Made by a program: the position numbers and the translations under genes. From Octopus sinensis (Eukaryota): DNA of 64,000 bases. Positions 26,360-40,828 of the stretch are shown here, piece after piece; within the stretch, counting starts at the first letter, position 1, and each line of letters begins with the position of its first letter. Location: positions 71,672,001-71,736,000 of the forward strand of contig NC_042999.1 of the NCBI RefSeq assembly GCF_006345805.1. The letters are read 5' to 3'. Under the pieces are notes generated by a model. The model was not told where the DNA came from. It did no database searches and saw nothing but the letters and a program-made list of their open reading frames with translations.

Positions 26360-27644
26360 CAGGTTGGGGCAGAGAAGACGGACGTTTTTGAAAAATTTAC
26401 AAAATCATAATTTTAGCTGCAAACAAATTTTATTGATATCAATGTGTCTGTATTGAATTAGCATTTGTCAAAATTAAGTGTGGAAAACAACATCCATCAG
26501 GTATCCGTTTTCATTGATGCATTTCTGAAGGCATTCTTGGAAGCATTGCTCTGTTGATTTGGGTGACTTCGACGCGAATAGCTTCCTTCAAATCGTCCAA
26601 TGTACGGGGTTTATGCGCATACACACGTGCCTTGAAGTTTCCCCACAAGAAATTATCACACTTGGATAAATCAGGGGACCGAGTGGGAAAGAAAAGTCAG
26701 TAAACCTGTAAACGAAGAGAGGGCGAAGAACTCCATTGATGCTCTCGCTGTGTGGGCCGACGCCCCATCATGCTGTAACCACACACGTCGAATAGGCATA
26801 CATTTTCGTCGTAATTCAGGCACAAAGTTATTTATCATTTCGATGTAACGTTCGGAGTTCTCAGCAACAGCATCTCCATTACTGTCTTAAGAAAAGTAAG
26901 GACCAATCACTGCAGCTTTTCCAGCAGAACTCCACGCAGTCACTTTTGGGATGTGCAGTGGTCTTTCGTGCAGTTCTTTTGAATTTTCAAGATCCCAGTA
27001 ACGACAGTTCTGTTGATGTCATTAAGATGAAAATGAGCTTCATCACAAATTAACAAAATGAGGTTGTCATTTGCCTCAAAAATTGCTTCCATCTCACGTG
27101 CGAAGTTAAGCCGTTGTGCATAGTCTCATGGTTTTAACTGTTGCCCAGTAACCAACTTGTACCGGTGGAAATGCAGGTCTTCATGCAAAATACGCCCTAC
27201 CGATCGATTACCGATGCCAAGTTCAGTGGAATGCTTCCTAGCAGAGCGATTCGGACTCCGTATCAAAGCTTGTCTTACACGTTCCACATTTTCCGGGGCC
27301 TCTATCGTTGGTAGCGCCCCTACCAGCCTCCTATTCATTAAAGTACATCGTATACGATGCGCATTCACCCAAAGTAAGATTGTGCTTCGAGTGGGAACGG
27401 CCTGATTTCGGTGAATGTTGAAGTAGCGCCGAAACTTACTCTGAACTGCTGTGACAGTTTCGCTATTCTCCACGTAACTGTCGTAGGCAAACACGGGATG
27501 CTCTGTCGTCCACAGCGCCTTGGCTTCACCTGAAAAGAAAAAGAATACTAAGACACCACGGACCGAATGGTACCTGTCGAACATATGTTCCTCCCGCTGG
27601 GGCTGAGCCATTTCAAAAACATCTCTCCTCTATGCCCTACCCTG
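26360..27644 (-). mobile_element. Full-length Tc1/mariner-superfamily element (maT/DD37D-like), pseudogene
   Basis: TIRs caggttggggcagagaagacggacgtttttgaaa and rc cagggtagggcatagaggagagatgtttttgaaa, TA on both flanks. Motifs CDEAHFHL, WLQHDGASAHTA, RSPDLSKCDNFLWG. Confidence 0.92.
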
Positions 27645-27649
27645 TACAT

Positions 27650-28085
27650 GATGGGTGATGACTGTCCACTCGTAACGAGGAAGATCATCATTGATCATTT
27701 CCCATGAAAAATGCCAGCAATACACGTGCATGAGGTTATTGTACCTGCAGTCAGCTTCAAGTGGCGATGTCTCCCATATCAGAAAAACCAAGTTCTCCCA
27801 AATTTTGATGATATTTGTGGGTGTTTCCGGTGACGTTGATCAAGCCGCCCCTTATCTTTGAATAAAAATTTAGGGCTCAGTTCAGACGGTTATATGAAAC
27901 TACCTGAGATTGCGGTCAGTCTCTGGTTGGAGGCGGGGGTGCTGGAAGGTCATATGTGTGACTGCAGGATTCAGTTTTTTGCCATACCCCGGAAAGAGGC
28001 GGAAGTGGTTGTCAGGGTATTTCTACGACTTCACCTGCCCCAATTTCCAGCCTCCTAATTACTCCCATTACGCAGAACAGCCTGA
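27650..28085 (+). mobile_element. Second Tc1/maT-like transposase relic
   Basis: KTKF...LGLSSDGYMKL...QDS(frameshift)...KWLSGYFYDFTCPNFQPPN, resembling the QDSAPCH...WPPNSPD region. Confidence 0.6.
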
Positions 28086-28919
28086 ATATTTAAATATATA
28101 TATGAACTTACACATACGTGTGTGAGATAGTGTACGAATGCGTATGTATGCATGTATTTACCTATGTATTTCTAACTCTGACTGTTGCCGACTCATACTC
28201 ATGCATATTCTTCTGATACTTGTCATGACATCCTCAGTCTCTGGTATTAAAATACAATGACATTGTTCTTAGTCAAAACAATCGTAGACCAGTCATTAAG
28301 TTTTGCGTGATCCTAAACTCTTAAATCTTTTATCAAAGAAATCCAAAATTTCGCTGTGCAGGAGCAAACACTGTGGAGCAGTCAAAGAAAATTCGAGCTC
28401 AGTAGCTTCTTTTAGATTGATCTTCTGCATCCGAGTCTTACTTATGATCCACATTTCCCTGCTATATAATTAAAATATTCATATATAAATAAATTAATTA
28501 TATTCCATAGTTTTTCTATCAGAGTTCAACAATATTTCCATTCAAATATAAATTCGTATATGGGGAAAACATTTTCTCACGTGATATTTGTTAGAAGTAC
28601 GCCAAATTATTATGGATATTAAGATTTCTCCAGAGGAAATCATGTTTTATAAATAAAAATAGTAATATTATGTATGCTGTTCAAATTTTTTAGGAAATTT
28701 GCCAATTGTTAGAACAGTCGCCAACAGGATTCACGTGAAAATACAAATTATCTGATCATATTCAGATACACACACATGTATAAATAATCGGGTGTATGTA
28801 TGTGCATGTGTACACGTACATGTGTGTCTGTGTATGTGTAAGCATAGAGTTATGAATCTTTGTTTCTATATAAGTGGCTGCATTTTAGAAACGTTATTTT
28901 ACTAATACAGTAGATTTTA

Positions 28920-28955
<36 letters not shown>

Positions 28956-29049
28956 GTAATAACAATAATGTTATGGGGAAAATGTGGGTGTTGATGTCAA
29001 GAAAAAGAATATATTGGGAGTGACAAAAGAAAAGATCCGTTGTGGAAAA

Positions 29050-31530
29050 GAAGAATACAGGCGGGGTTAGAAATCGTTGCAGGTGACTTAACTGAAGAGC
29101 GTGTCTGCACATTAGGAGCCACGGTGTACCTAATTCGCCACTCGGAGGATGCTAGTAACAGATGACCGCTTGACCACTGGAACGCGTTCCTTCTACAAGA
29201 ATTTAAATAAGAGACGCTCCAGCTTGGTCAACCGGGCAAGACACGAAGGTCAGGCGATAAATAACTGAGGCGATGTAAGCATTCACTACATCTGCCCGAC
29301 CTTTCAAGGACAGCTTCTACATAGCCCATTTCTGGGTAAGTCTGGCCGCCCTGTTCTCCTCGTCTCAGTTCTTATCAACCAGACCCCGACCGGTTTAACA
29401 GGTTCGTCGGTCCAGGGTCCGACGACCCCGTCCGATGGCATCGTCCTGCCTCTCCAGGAGCCCAACCGCAAACACACCGATTTGTTGGTGTCGACTTTAG
29501 CCTATGAAACCGACTAATATTCCTTTAGGATGATGCCGATAGTCTCACTTTCGGAGGTGTTCGACACCATGACAGTGACCTCGTCTGCGATTTCCAACAC
29601 TGCTGTTCCTTGTCCCAGTTCGAATGGGATGCCTCTTAGCTGTTCCAAATTCTGCAACAGTGGCTAGCCTTCCAATACGTACAAAAGAGGCGAAATCGGG
29701 CATTCCTGACGGACCCAGCATGCGATGTCAAACGGCTCTGATAGCCGGTCATATACTTTGACCACTGAACAGCAACCCAGCCTCTACACGGGTTGGAAAC
29801 CGCCTGCCTTCAGGATGGCTTTCAAGTAGCGATGGCCTCAACCCTATCGAACGCTTTTGATTGATCCAACGTGATCAGAGCACCTACGGAGCCAGCTTTG
29901 GTCCCAACCCTCTCGATGCTGTATTGCATAAGGTGGAAGTTGCGCTCCTCCGACCAGGCTACCGACAAGCATCAGTCTTGTCGCTAACAACTTGGCTAAA
30001 ATCTTGTTAAGCAGAGTTATGGGCCGAAAATTCTCTATTACATCACCATTGTCAGTGTCCTTCCGTAGCAGTGTCACCACACCTCTACTAACTGCACAAG
30101 GAATTCCCCTGTTGTATTATCAGTTGCAGTAAACGCCTGCCAAATCTGGCATGAATGCATAGAGTTCATAGAGCGGACAATAAAAACCGGGCGATCTGCG
30201 ACTTGCGCAATCGCTCACCGCCTTCCAAATTTTAGCGGCTGTTATTGGCCTTTCACGTAACCTCGCGTTAGCTGCCGAGAGCTACGACAAGCCGTGCAAG
30301 TACGATCTAAAGTTCAGTACCGTTGTCGACCCATCGCCCTCTCCAAACAGGTGTGCGAAGTGCTGCTGAAAAGCCTCACACATCTACTTGAAGCTGCGTA
30401 GCATGTATCCATCCCGACACGTCAAAGACCCGATCGTGGGTTTGTTTCAACGTGGCGTCTCCACCGTTCAAGCTCATCGGAAAGCTTTAATTCCTTCCTG
30501 TTTGAGCGCAGAAGCCTTAGCTCTGACAACGCAATCTTCGTGTTTCGCTTCGAAGAAATGGTCAAGGGTCATTCTCGTCGCTAACACATCGGTCTCAAAG
30601 CTCTTTTTAATCACCTAATTTGTAATTAGTTCATTCTCTAATCTATTCCTATGTACTGCTAACTCTTTGCTAAACGCTAATGTTTCTGTTCTAATCGCCC
30701 TCCTCATGGCGGCCCACCACCGGTTGTTGACGATTGCCCCCATCAACTGCCGCTTAACTAGTTCACTAATCCGGACCCTGTAGTCTTTGCGTGCCGTAAG
30801 GACGCGTTTATCTTCCAGTAAACGGGTCTCTGTCTGCAGACCCTAACTAGACTGTACAGATCACAAGCATGTGGTCTGTGTAGCCGAGTAATTTAAATTG
30901 TGGAAAACCTACACTATCCTTATCCTTTGACCTAATTAATACTCTATCTACATACAATCTGGATGACCCATTCTGGTTGCTCCATGCCCACACGGGCACA
31001 TCAGAGAAATCTAGTTGATACCAATCAGACAATTGGAAGTCTCTGATTAGGTTTACGAGGCTTTTGCATCCCCTCCTTCTGTATACTAGTCCCATACATT
31101 CCTTTCGTGCGTCCAAAATCCCATTCCAGTCCCCTACAACTACTAAACTGCAAGAGTTTCCCAGTAACGTTTCTTGACACCTGAAGAATTATGACCTCCC
31201 AACCCCTTTCGGAGCATAGATGATCACCAATCTAAGGGCGTTATCTTCGCTACCATACATATTTTAGACCATTCAGACGATTGCCTTTTTTCGAGATCTA
31301 AGTATTTTCAGAATAGCACTGCTACCGCGCCGCCCGCTTCCGACAGACCACATGATGAGAATATCTCATAGTCATCGAAAATGGCTGCTATTGCTTGTGC
31401 ATTAGAAATTCTTGTCCCGCTAATTGCAGCCACATCTAAATCGATCGACTTGAGGTCGTTTAACAAGTGACCTTGCTTCCAAACTGACCCAGGCCATGAT
31501 CATTCACACGGCTCACCCTGAAAATGACCG
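29050..31530 (-). mobile_element. Tx1/L1-clade ORF2 (APE endonuclease + RT) pseudogene
   Basis: GHLLNDLKSIDLDVAAIS; SRLYVDRVL...YTDH; FRPITLLNKILAKLLATRL; frameshifted PL...YVL...PLL RT block. Many stops. Confidence 0.88.
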
Positions 31531-31559
31531 TGTTTATCAGAAAAACAAAATGGAAGACA

Positions 31560-31720
31560 TTTAGTAAAGAAAAAAGGTCTCATAAGATTCAAACGGTTCC
31601 TGAGCGGATATCTCCATCCAAATTCCAGAGAAACCACTTACACTCGGGTATATCTGTAAACAATAACTCTTTATGCGAATGGGCCATAGTTCTCTAAGGA
31701 TGTCTATAACATGAAACGAT
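31560..31720 (+). mobile_element. CR1 LINE 3' end fragment
   Basis: FKRFLSGYL...IPEKPLTLGYISVNNNSLCEW C-terminal motif. Confidence 0.6.
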
Positions 31721-32831
31721 ATTCGATGTCTTTTCCAGATAATGTTTTTAAGTTAGGTATGGCCTGGGTAAATTCTAACCGAAACTTATCTAAGTATTCC
31801 ATTGCAATCTTAATGTTTGTCAATACTAAAACGATGCACCAAAACCTCGACTTGTTTTCTTATACTACATTTTGCATTTGCTTATTTAAAAACAAAACAT
31901 ACAAGAATCCCACTTATATAATAGAATGACATATTTGGATAGGGCAGTCGTAAAAACATTACATCTGAAAAAATCAGAGACGGTGCTTAAGGCTTGAAGG
32001 CACTTAATCAAATGTCTCCTGTATCAAGCTTAATCTCGGAGTAAACAAATTGGGAGCGTCGAAGTGTTCTTTCAATCCGACTGAAATAGCAAATAGATTT
32101 CCCCCAAATTACAGTCCAAACTACTGAAAGCAAATATAAGCACGTTGAATAATTCTGTTGTAAATACACTATGGCAGAAAGTAAAATAAAAAAAGATAAA
32201 ATAATCACGGCTGTGACACATATCTGTATATGTTTTCTAGAGTAGAAGTGACCAAGCGTTGAGATATTTTCCTACAGTAAATCACTGTGAAGTAAGACAT
32301 TTATTACCTATTCTACTGATGTTCGAAAACAACACGAAGAATTGATCAATGAATTGTTTTTAGAGCAGGGTATATTATCATTCCTAGGATACCAATACTC
32401 TATTTCTTAGACATGATATCAATACTATGATAGCACTTTCATTGGAATGTTTTCTCTTTGAATATATGCAAATGTGTGCGTATGCAATGACAGATATCTC
32501 TTCAACTATTCCGTAAAATTAATGTAATCATGACTTAAATAAACATTTAGTAATTAGTTTTAAATATATTATCGTAACATAATGTCTTTAGGAAGTACAC
32601 AGTTCAGAATGGAGAGGCTTTCTTGATAGATTTAAAGGAATACATGACATGAAGTAGGTTATAGATGGCTAGATGTGCGAGAGTAAAGATTAATTAATCG
32701 AAACATGGGCAAAGATATTTATAAGCTCTGTAGAAGATAATTAGTGAATTTGTCCATTTAGACACACTACTTGTTAATATATGTAGCGTCTTTAAATAGA
32801 CCAAATTCACCCGCGTGCACACACATGTATA

Positions 32832-32876
<45 letters not shown>

Positions 32877-32879
<3 letters not shown>

Positions 32880-33076
32880 CAATAATAAAAAAGTGTAAAA
32901 TTAATTAATTAATTAATAATTAATAATTTTACCAAGTAGTTCGGTACGTTAAAAAAAATCATTATCGGTAAACTTATATAAAAATTCTATAATTATAATT
33001 AGGATTCAGCAAAAATTTGCTTCACCACATACCGAAATTTAGAAATAGCAGTTAAAACGAATTATTTCACTACCAC
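32877..33076 (-). mobile_element. Fragment of the same Penelope-like family as 47175-47550
   Basis: 32877-32955 matches 47175-47252 directly; 32991-33058 is the reverse complement of 47457-47525. Confidence 0.8.
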
Positions 33077-34447
33077 GCAGTGTGAATGTGTGTGTGTGTG
33101 TGTTTGTGTTGTTCCTGTTTTCTTTACCTGCCTATCTATTTGCGGACAAAGATTTGATCAAATGGTTAAGAAATTTGTTTTCATGTCATGGGATACTCGA
33201 TTTCATCCCACTTTATGGTGTCTTGGCAAGCGTCGTACCACGACTTTATTTAATACTCAACCCTACTGACTGCAATGGAATGGACAAAATCCCGCCAGCT
33301 GCATCGTATTGGGTCAGACTAATGTTGGTGATCAGAATTACGTTCATGGTACACGTGCCTGTGAAGTACTCAGCAAATTCTACCTTAATTTAACATAGAA
33401 GTAACATTGGTTGAATAATCGATTTTGATCGTCAAGTCAATGGAGGAATCATTAATCACTGAATTATTGATATATCAATCTCTAGTGATGCAAAAGCTGT
33501 TGACATATTCAGAATTGCTTTCTGATAAAATAATAGTTCTTTTATTTAGGCACAGTGCTACGCATATGTACAGTATGACAATAGCTGTGTTATAGGCTTG
33601 ACGTTTACCGTAGTGTAATATCATAGACGTAAAACAATTGCGGAACATATTAAGATCATCATCAGCTTGAGCGAAAGATATTTTCATCTTGAAATACTAT
33701 TTATAAATCTGTGTTATAATAAAGATCGTCTGATTTCTAGTGTATGCTAAGCATAATTATTCGGCTACGTTGTGAAGATGTAATGAGGCAGTAAGTTTCA
33801 TCTAATCGTTTTCCCAAACTAGTGTCGTATTAAATTTACAATCTCAAAACTCACCAATGCATACACACGCACGTATGTATGTATTATGTATGTATTTCTT
33901 GCCAATAAAGAGCCGGTTTCTAACTTAGATTCGAGATTCCTTCATTGGAATTCCAACATCAACAGGGTATTTTTTGCAGGTATGTATATATAAATATGTA
34001 TGTATGAACTAAAAATATAGCTAAAAGTATAGGGGAAAAATTATATAATCAGGCTACACTGTTGCACACCTAGCATCGTCGCGTAGCACACTAGTGGGCC
34101 GTGACATAGCGGTTACAGAGCACTGGTCTATTGAATTGTTGATATACATTCTCAACACTACTATTTTCTTCCTATTTCTGTATATATGTGACCACTTCTA
34201 ACCTGATTTATATTCGATTTGATGGTGAAGTCTAACAGGATCGAAACATGCCGGCTCCTTTTACTGGTTGGTTGTAAATTCACATTCATTTCTAGCTTCT
34301 TTTCCAACCTACTTTGTGACTCCACTACCATATACGCGCACATACACGCAAACAGAACATTGACGCATGCGTATACGCATGCATTCATTCATGGACTTAA
34401 TTTTGAATTAATGGATGCTATTTTTTTAAAACTATAAACAATATAAT

Positions 34448-34655
34448 TAAGGCGGCGAGGTGGCAAAATTGTTTGCATGCTGAGCAAAATCCTTAGCAGC
34501 ATATCATCTATCGTTTTGTTCAATTTCTGCCGAGGTCAGTTTTGCTTTTCATCCTTTCGGGGTCGTTAAAATAAGTACCAGTTTAACACTGGGGTAGGTC
34601 TAATCGACTCACCCCTCCCTTGAAATTACTATACTTGTACCAACATTTGAAATCA
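34448..34655 (+). mobile_element. tRNA-derived SINE, type B
   Basis: aaggcggcgaggtggcaaaattg...tctgccgaggtcagttttgcttttcatcctttcggggtcg...taatcgact. Confidence 0.88.
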
Positions 34656-37600
34656 ATATAAACAATAGTAGATATAGCTTGCAGAATCAGAAGATTGCTT
34701 CAGGTTAATTGTTTCTTCCTTGGCCTTAGAAATCTATATAAACAGCATTAACCTTACAAGAACTCGAACCTTGCATACCGAACCACAACGAATATGTGTT
34801 TTTGTCCTTTCTTTCGCAGTAGATTCAAATGTTAGTAAATTCTTCTCGATATTTTGAGCCTACGCTGCTCCTCATCCGACTGTGTTGGTAATTCGTTAAA
34901 TAATCATATTGATATCATATGAAAGAAATCGGGCTTTCACTTGGTCGACGTCTGGAATCAAGATGTGATAAAATGTTATGTTACAAAATAGCAGAGGTAT
35001 TCTGATTCAAGGCGCCCTAGGTAACTGCTAAATTACTAAAGAAACAATGAAAGGCACAACATAATTATGTTGTTTAACCCGAAATTAGCTCTGTTCGACC
35101 GGATAATTGGCCAGAGGCATCCAGGCTGTGATTATCCTGACATTTTATCTGCTTTTCATAGGAAGCCCAGTGATCCGGAGGGAGAATCGATGTTTCGTGA
35201 AAATTTGCATTCTAAAACTAATGGCTTCGTCGCATTACGGTGTTTTCAAACAATAAATATCGGCAAAACGAAAGGATTGTCTATTTTATGTTTGATATTG
35301 CTCTTAATCGCATTGTTCTCATGTTCATGGAACAGTAAATAAATATTTTCATTATCATTTCGGTGATTTTTTTTTCTTTAAACATAAATCGAAATATGCA
35401 GTTTATTAATTTGCTGTATCGCATTTGATTAATAATCTTAATTCGATTATGTACGATTTATTGCTATGGATTATGCAATTTAATTCCCTTGAATCACTCA
35501 AAGGAAACTTTTTAAATATCGACTGCACATGTTTCAACACATATATTTGAATCAAATTTCATCTGTTTCCAACACTCTACAGCTAATTTATTATTACGTC
35601 ATTATATTCTTTTTATTTACCACTTTGCAATAAATGAGTATCTCACAATACTGGGTAATATTGTTCTACCACAATGTTAATATCGTAGCATGTTACAATC
35701 TTCACACCAACTATTTGAATTTCTTGCTATCACTTTCAGTTCAACTTTGACATCATCTACCCTTTTTTTTATTATATTAATGTTTTTCATAAAAGTATGA
35801 TTGCAATATCCATTAAGCTCTTTACTAATTACTTGCGCCCCAGCAATTTAGGCGGTAAAATAGTATGCAATTATAAAAATGCGGTAATCTCTTTACAGTT
35901 AGCAATTATATTCCGATAAGACAAGTTTGCAACATGGTTTCAATTCACACTTGGAGAAGTTCCATCTTAATTAGATCACAAATACTTATGGTAATCGAAC
36001 GAACATGTTATAAATCAATTTTACTTTTTAATTTCGAAAATGAGAGTCATGCGTAATCTTCGATGTTTTATGGATTGTGAGAGAATTAAGTCAAAGTCAT
36101 ATCCGTAGGAGATGCATTCTGTCAATTTTTAGATTAGAAAAATAAAAGGCTTATCTATCCTAGACATGTTTACTGTAAAGCTGCCCAGAGTTCAAGAAAC
36201 CAAAAAAAAAAAAAAAATAATAAAAAATTCTTGACAATTTGATAAGTGCTACCGTGTACTCTTCACGCTTTACTTTTTCCTTATCCTTTAGTGAAGAGGA
36301 CCAGGCTACGCATATGACGCTTGCGCACTCTTGGGAACCAAAGAAACTCTATTGTAATACATGTCTATCTTAGACAGCTGTAAGTTAACATCAAGAAGAG
36401 AAACATGTATGGGAAGTGAAATAGTCGTGAGAACTAGGTAATTCGGTCTTAATCTTTGCCATACAATATAACTGAGTGATATTGATAATATTCAAATTAC
36501 ATATTCGCCAAATATTTATCCTATGCTTATAATCTAGATCACGTCACGGAGCAAAATATATTATATTGCATGCTTTCACAACATATTATTGCATTAGAAA
36601 AATGACTTGTCGCTAATATCTAATCGCATTCTAGAAGTAAAAATTATTCTTAGCCCTGACAAATTGTTATATATAATTGTTGTATGGTGGGGGGGGGGCA
36701 TAATCTCTGTGTGTGTGTGTTTGAGTGTGGTAAGGAGCGTGTTTGTACATGTATATATGTGTGCACACACATATATGTGTGTTGGTTTTTACATGTGTGT
36801 GCGCGGATGCCAAGTAGCGTGCGTGTTTGTATGTTAGGGAGCACTGCGTAATATATGACAATGTGCGTGTGTTTATGTGAATGTGTGTGAGGATGAAACT
36901 ACCAGGTTAGTAGCAATAGCGTTTAGCAGTAGATGGACATGGATTCCAAAAGCTAGGGGTTATCTGTGTGAGTGCATGTGTGTTTGAGTGCTGCTGTGCG
37001 TGTACCTGTGTGTCCCTATGTATAGGCGTATGTGTCTGTGAGTGCGCACACACCGCACTTACACACGTATAGACAACACACACAGGCATATATACAAACG
37101 CTTACCTATTCAAAAAGCCCGCCACACCACACGCACATGCAGGTCCACACACACACACACATGCAACGACTCACACATTCACATACAAACATATACGAAC
37201 ATACACAACCACTCACAGAAGCGAATTAAGCACACATACATGCACACATGAGTATAAACTCGTGCACTCACACATATGAGCATCTTCCCAGTTCTATCTC
37301 CACCCCCGTCTATTCCACCCCACATAAAGAATTACATCAATACTTCTTTATGGGAGGACAAGCAATCAGCAGAAGATCTAAGACCGAACAGACCTTGAAC
37401 AAAAGGCAGAAAACTTACAGAGGTCACGGATAGCTAATGCAAAGAGAAACACACACGCAAATACGCACATGTACACGCACGCACAGCCACACATATCCAC
37501 ACATACATACACACTGCCACACACACACACATACACGCGCGCGCGCAAACAAACAAATGTAATGTCTCAGCCAGTGCACTTAAAGTGCACTGAATGAAAC

Positions 37601-37662
37601 ATTACATTTTCCTCTACGATTCTCTTCTCTTTGAGACTTGATAATTAAAATGTCGTAAATGA

Positions 37663-37708
<46 letters not shown>

Positions 37709-37725
37709 ATACATACATACATACA

Positions 37726-37756
<31 letters not shown>

Positions 37757-38160
37757 TTCTCTTTTACTTGTTTCAGTTATTTTAGTGTGGCCATGCCGGA
37801 GCACCGCCTTTAGTCGAGAAAATCTACCCCAGGACTTCTTCTTTGTAAACCTAGTATTTATTGTATCTGTCTCTTTTGCCGAACCGCTAAATTTCTAGGT
37901 TGTAAACACACCAGCATCGTTTGCCAAGCGATGTTGGGTGGACAAACACAGACACACAAGCATATACACACGCATACATATATATACACATACATACGAC
38001 GGACTTCTTTCAGTTTCCGTCTACCAAATCCACTGAAAAGGGTTTGGTCGGCCCGAGGCTATAGTAGAAGACACTTGCCCAAGGTGTCACACAGTGGGAC
38101 TGAACCCGGAACCATGCGGTTGATAAGCAAGCTACTTACCACACAGCCACTCTTACGCCT
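37757..38160 (-). mobile_element. tRNA-derived SINE, type A
   Basis: Near-intact copy; rc head ggctgtgtggtaagtagcttgcttatcaaccgcatggttccgggttcagtcccactg with a B-box-like gttcagtccc. Confidence 0.9.
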
Positions 38161-38802
38161 ACCCCATACATACCCTCACATATATACATATGTACACACA
38201 CACACATATATATATATATATACATCTATACATGCATCTATACATACATTTATACATGTGTGTGTGCGTGAATGTGTTCAGATATCTTCAAACACAATTT
38301 TATCCTCAAAATAGCATTATAATCATTTTGATTTCACTCGGCAGAAGGCCAGCATTATAGAGACGTGCGTACATACCAATCGATTTTACCATTTGCACTT
38401 ATTCGCTGGAACACAACTCATTGACCCTGCACAAATGAAATGCCAAGCCGAATTCGGGACAAATTGAACAGTTAAATAGTGTAATAACAATCTAAATACT
38501 GCAAAAGCCTCCATTGTGTCTCTATTTGTTTTAAACGGCCTAATCACGATTACTTAAAACTGACATGAACATGGTTAGCGAAATAAAGGAACTTGTGATA
38601 TGAAGATAGCAGATAAAATATCATATTACCTACTCTAAAATCGTTTAGACTCTGCAAGAATATATCCACTTCATGAATGACGTTGCCTCATTTATGATTC
38701 TAAAGTGTTTAACAGAAGCGACTCATGTAAAAATTATACTTTCCTCAACAGCTTTCGTCAGGATACGTGTCCCTCTTTTATTACTCTTTATCTATCTATA
38801 TA

Positions 38803-38845
<43 letters not shown>

Positions 38846-38946
38846 GCCTGCCTGCCTGTCTGCCTGTCTATCTGTCTGTCTACTCGTCTGTTTGTCTGTC
38901 TGTCTGCCTGCCTCTCTATCTGTCTGTCTGTCTATCTATCTATCTG

Positions 38947-39009
<63 letters not shown>

Positions 39010-39030
39010 GTTTATCTATCTAGCTAACTA
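38803..39030. repeat. Compound (CTGT)n/(CTAT)n tetranucleotide microsatellite
   Basis: Visible directly; explains the LSVC/LSIY pseudo-ORFs. Confidence 0.95.
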
Positions 39031-39357
39031 TCTATCTTGCTCGGGCGAGGTAATTCTTCGTCTTTACGAAATATATCTATATGCAGTGAATTAGTCATCT
39101 ACTGTGTTCAAGTGTGCATCTTGGTAATGCATTCTACTCTGTTTCAAATTGACCGGATACAAATATGTGTACACATCGGGTGCTGGTCTGCAATACTACT
39201 TACAAAACAAAACTCACTTCATGAATCAATGAAGAGATTATTTAGTATTAAACTCATTCAAGACGACAAGAGTTGGCTTAACCTCCAATGTCTATCTTTG
39301 GCGAAAAATATATTTAAATACTGTAGAATTCAAATATAAATAATAAATAAAATAAAT

Positions 39358-39603
39358 GCGCCCTTTTAAAGCCTAGCCAGGCTCACGGGCCCAATTTGCC
39401 GGTTTCAATGGCGTATGTGTTCCCCAGCTGGACGGGACGCCAGTCCATCGCAGCGTTACTCATTTTTGCCAGCTGAATGGACTGGAGCAACGTGAAAGAA
39501 GTGTTTTGCCCAAGAACACAACGCGTCGCATAGTCCAGGAATCGAAACGTCAATATTACGATCATGATGCTGACACCCTAACCACTAAGCTACGCGCCTC
39601 CAC
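39358..39603 (-). mobile_element. tRNA-derived SINE with Meta/V-like central domains
   Basis: rc: ggaggcgcgtagcttagtggttagggtgtcagc...gtttcgattcc...gggcaaaacacttctttcacgttgctccagtccattcagctgg...gcgatggactggcgtcccgtccag. Confidence 0.8.
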
Positions 39604-40475
39604 GTAGAAATCAAATATCAAAATAATATAATTCGTAAACGATTAGATGATACGATTGCTAGTGCAATCAATTTAGAGAATAAAGGTTTCTAGTTTGATC
39701 CAGTGCAATGTGCCAGGAATAAGACTTCTGATGATGACCGAAGAACAAACCGATCGGAATGAAGTGTTCATGAAGATCAAAAAATAAATACTTCATCAGC
39801 AAAGACAAAAATTGTAATCGTATTTTAAGTTAACATTCTACAGTTTGCCGAATACTGACACTGCATGCTTCTTCAACCAGTTATTGGAACATCAGTTGTA
39901 ATCTCTCATTCATTCACACACATATAGACTTATATAATACTTAATCATGGATTTCATAAAGGTTTACTTTTGTCTAAAGCGAAAGTACAACAGAGAGTAT
40001 ATTTAGAACTGAATTGACCATAAATTATATTCGACATTATTAAGGACACGTAAATAATATCATTTGCGCCACAAATTGCCAACCTGATGAACAATCGCAT
40101 TTTCTATCAGATGTTTAACTCCATCAAAGGGCAATATTTCTAATTTCTGCTTTAAATTGGCACAGAACTAACTTTATAAAACATCTTACAAGTAAATTTT
40201 AAATTGAATTATATGAAACAGTGAATACATTTCCGCATACGGGAGAAAGCATTCATGTGAATATGATAAAACGGAGTGATAATTTCATTTCTCTTACTAT
40301 ACAGATTACATCGATGTTCACATTGTGTTTGAATAGAGAATATATACTTAGAATTTAACTTATTCTAGATGCTGCAGTTGTTTCATTGCATTGATGTGTT
40401 TTCTTATAGTTTTCTGTTCATTAAATTTTAGATACAGGTAATGGGTACAATATGTAAATGATAGTTCAGTATATC

Positions 40476-40489
40476 CACTACTACTACTA

Positions 40490-40566
<77 letters not shown>
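40476..40566. repeat. (CTA)n trinucleotide microsatellite
   Basis: Visible directly; source of the poly-V ORF. Confidence 0.97.
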
Positions 40567-40568
<2 letters not shown>

Positions 40569-40677
40569 ATATATTTCAAGAATGCAACGAAATAATATAT
40601 AAGTATATATATTATTCATACGTACATATCTACGAATGTATGTGCGTGTATATATGTACATGCTTGCATATGTCTGT

Positions 40678-40723
<46 letters not shown>

Positions 40724-40748
40724 GCACACACATACATATATATCTATG

Positions 40749-40828
<80 letters not shown>

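Noticed and set aside
39721-39768. aagactt CTGATGA ... aagtgtt hammerhead-like relic
   Set aside because: GAAA is mutated, the closing pair is wrong and stem III is absent; too degenerate to call.
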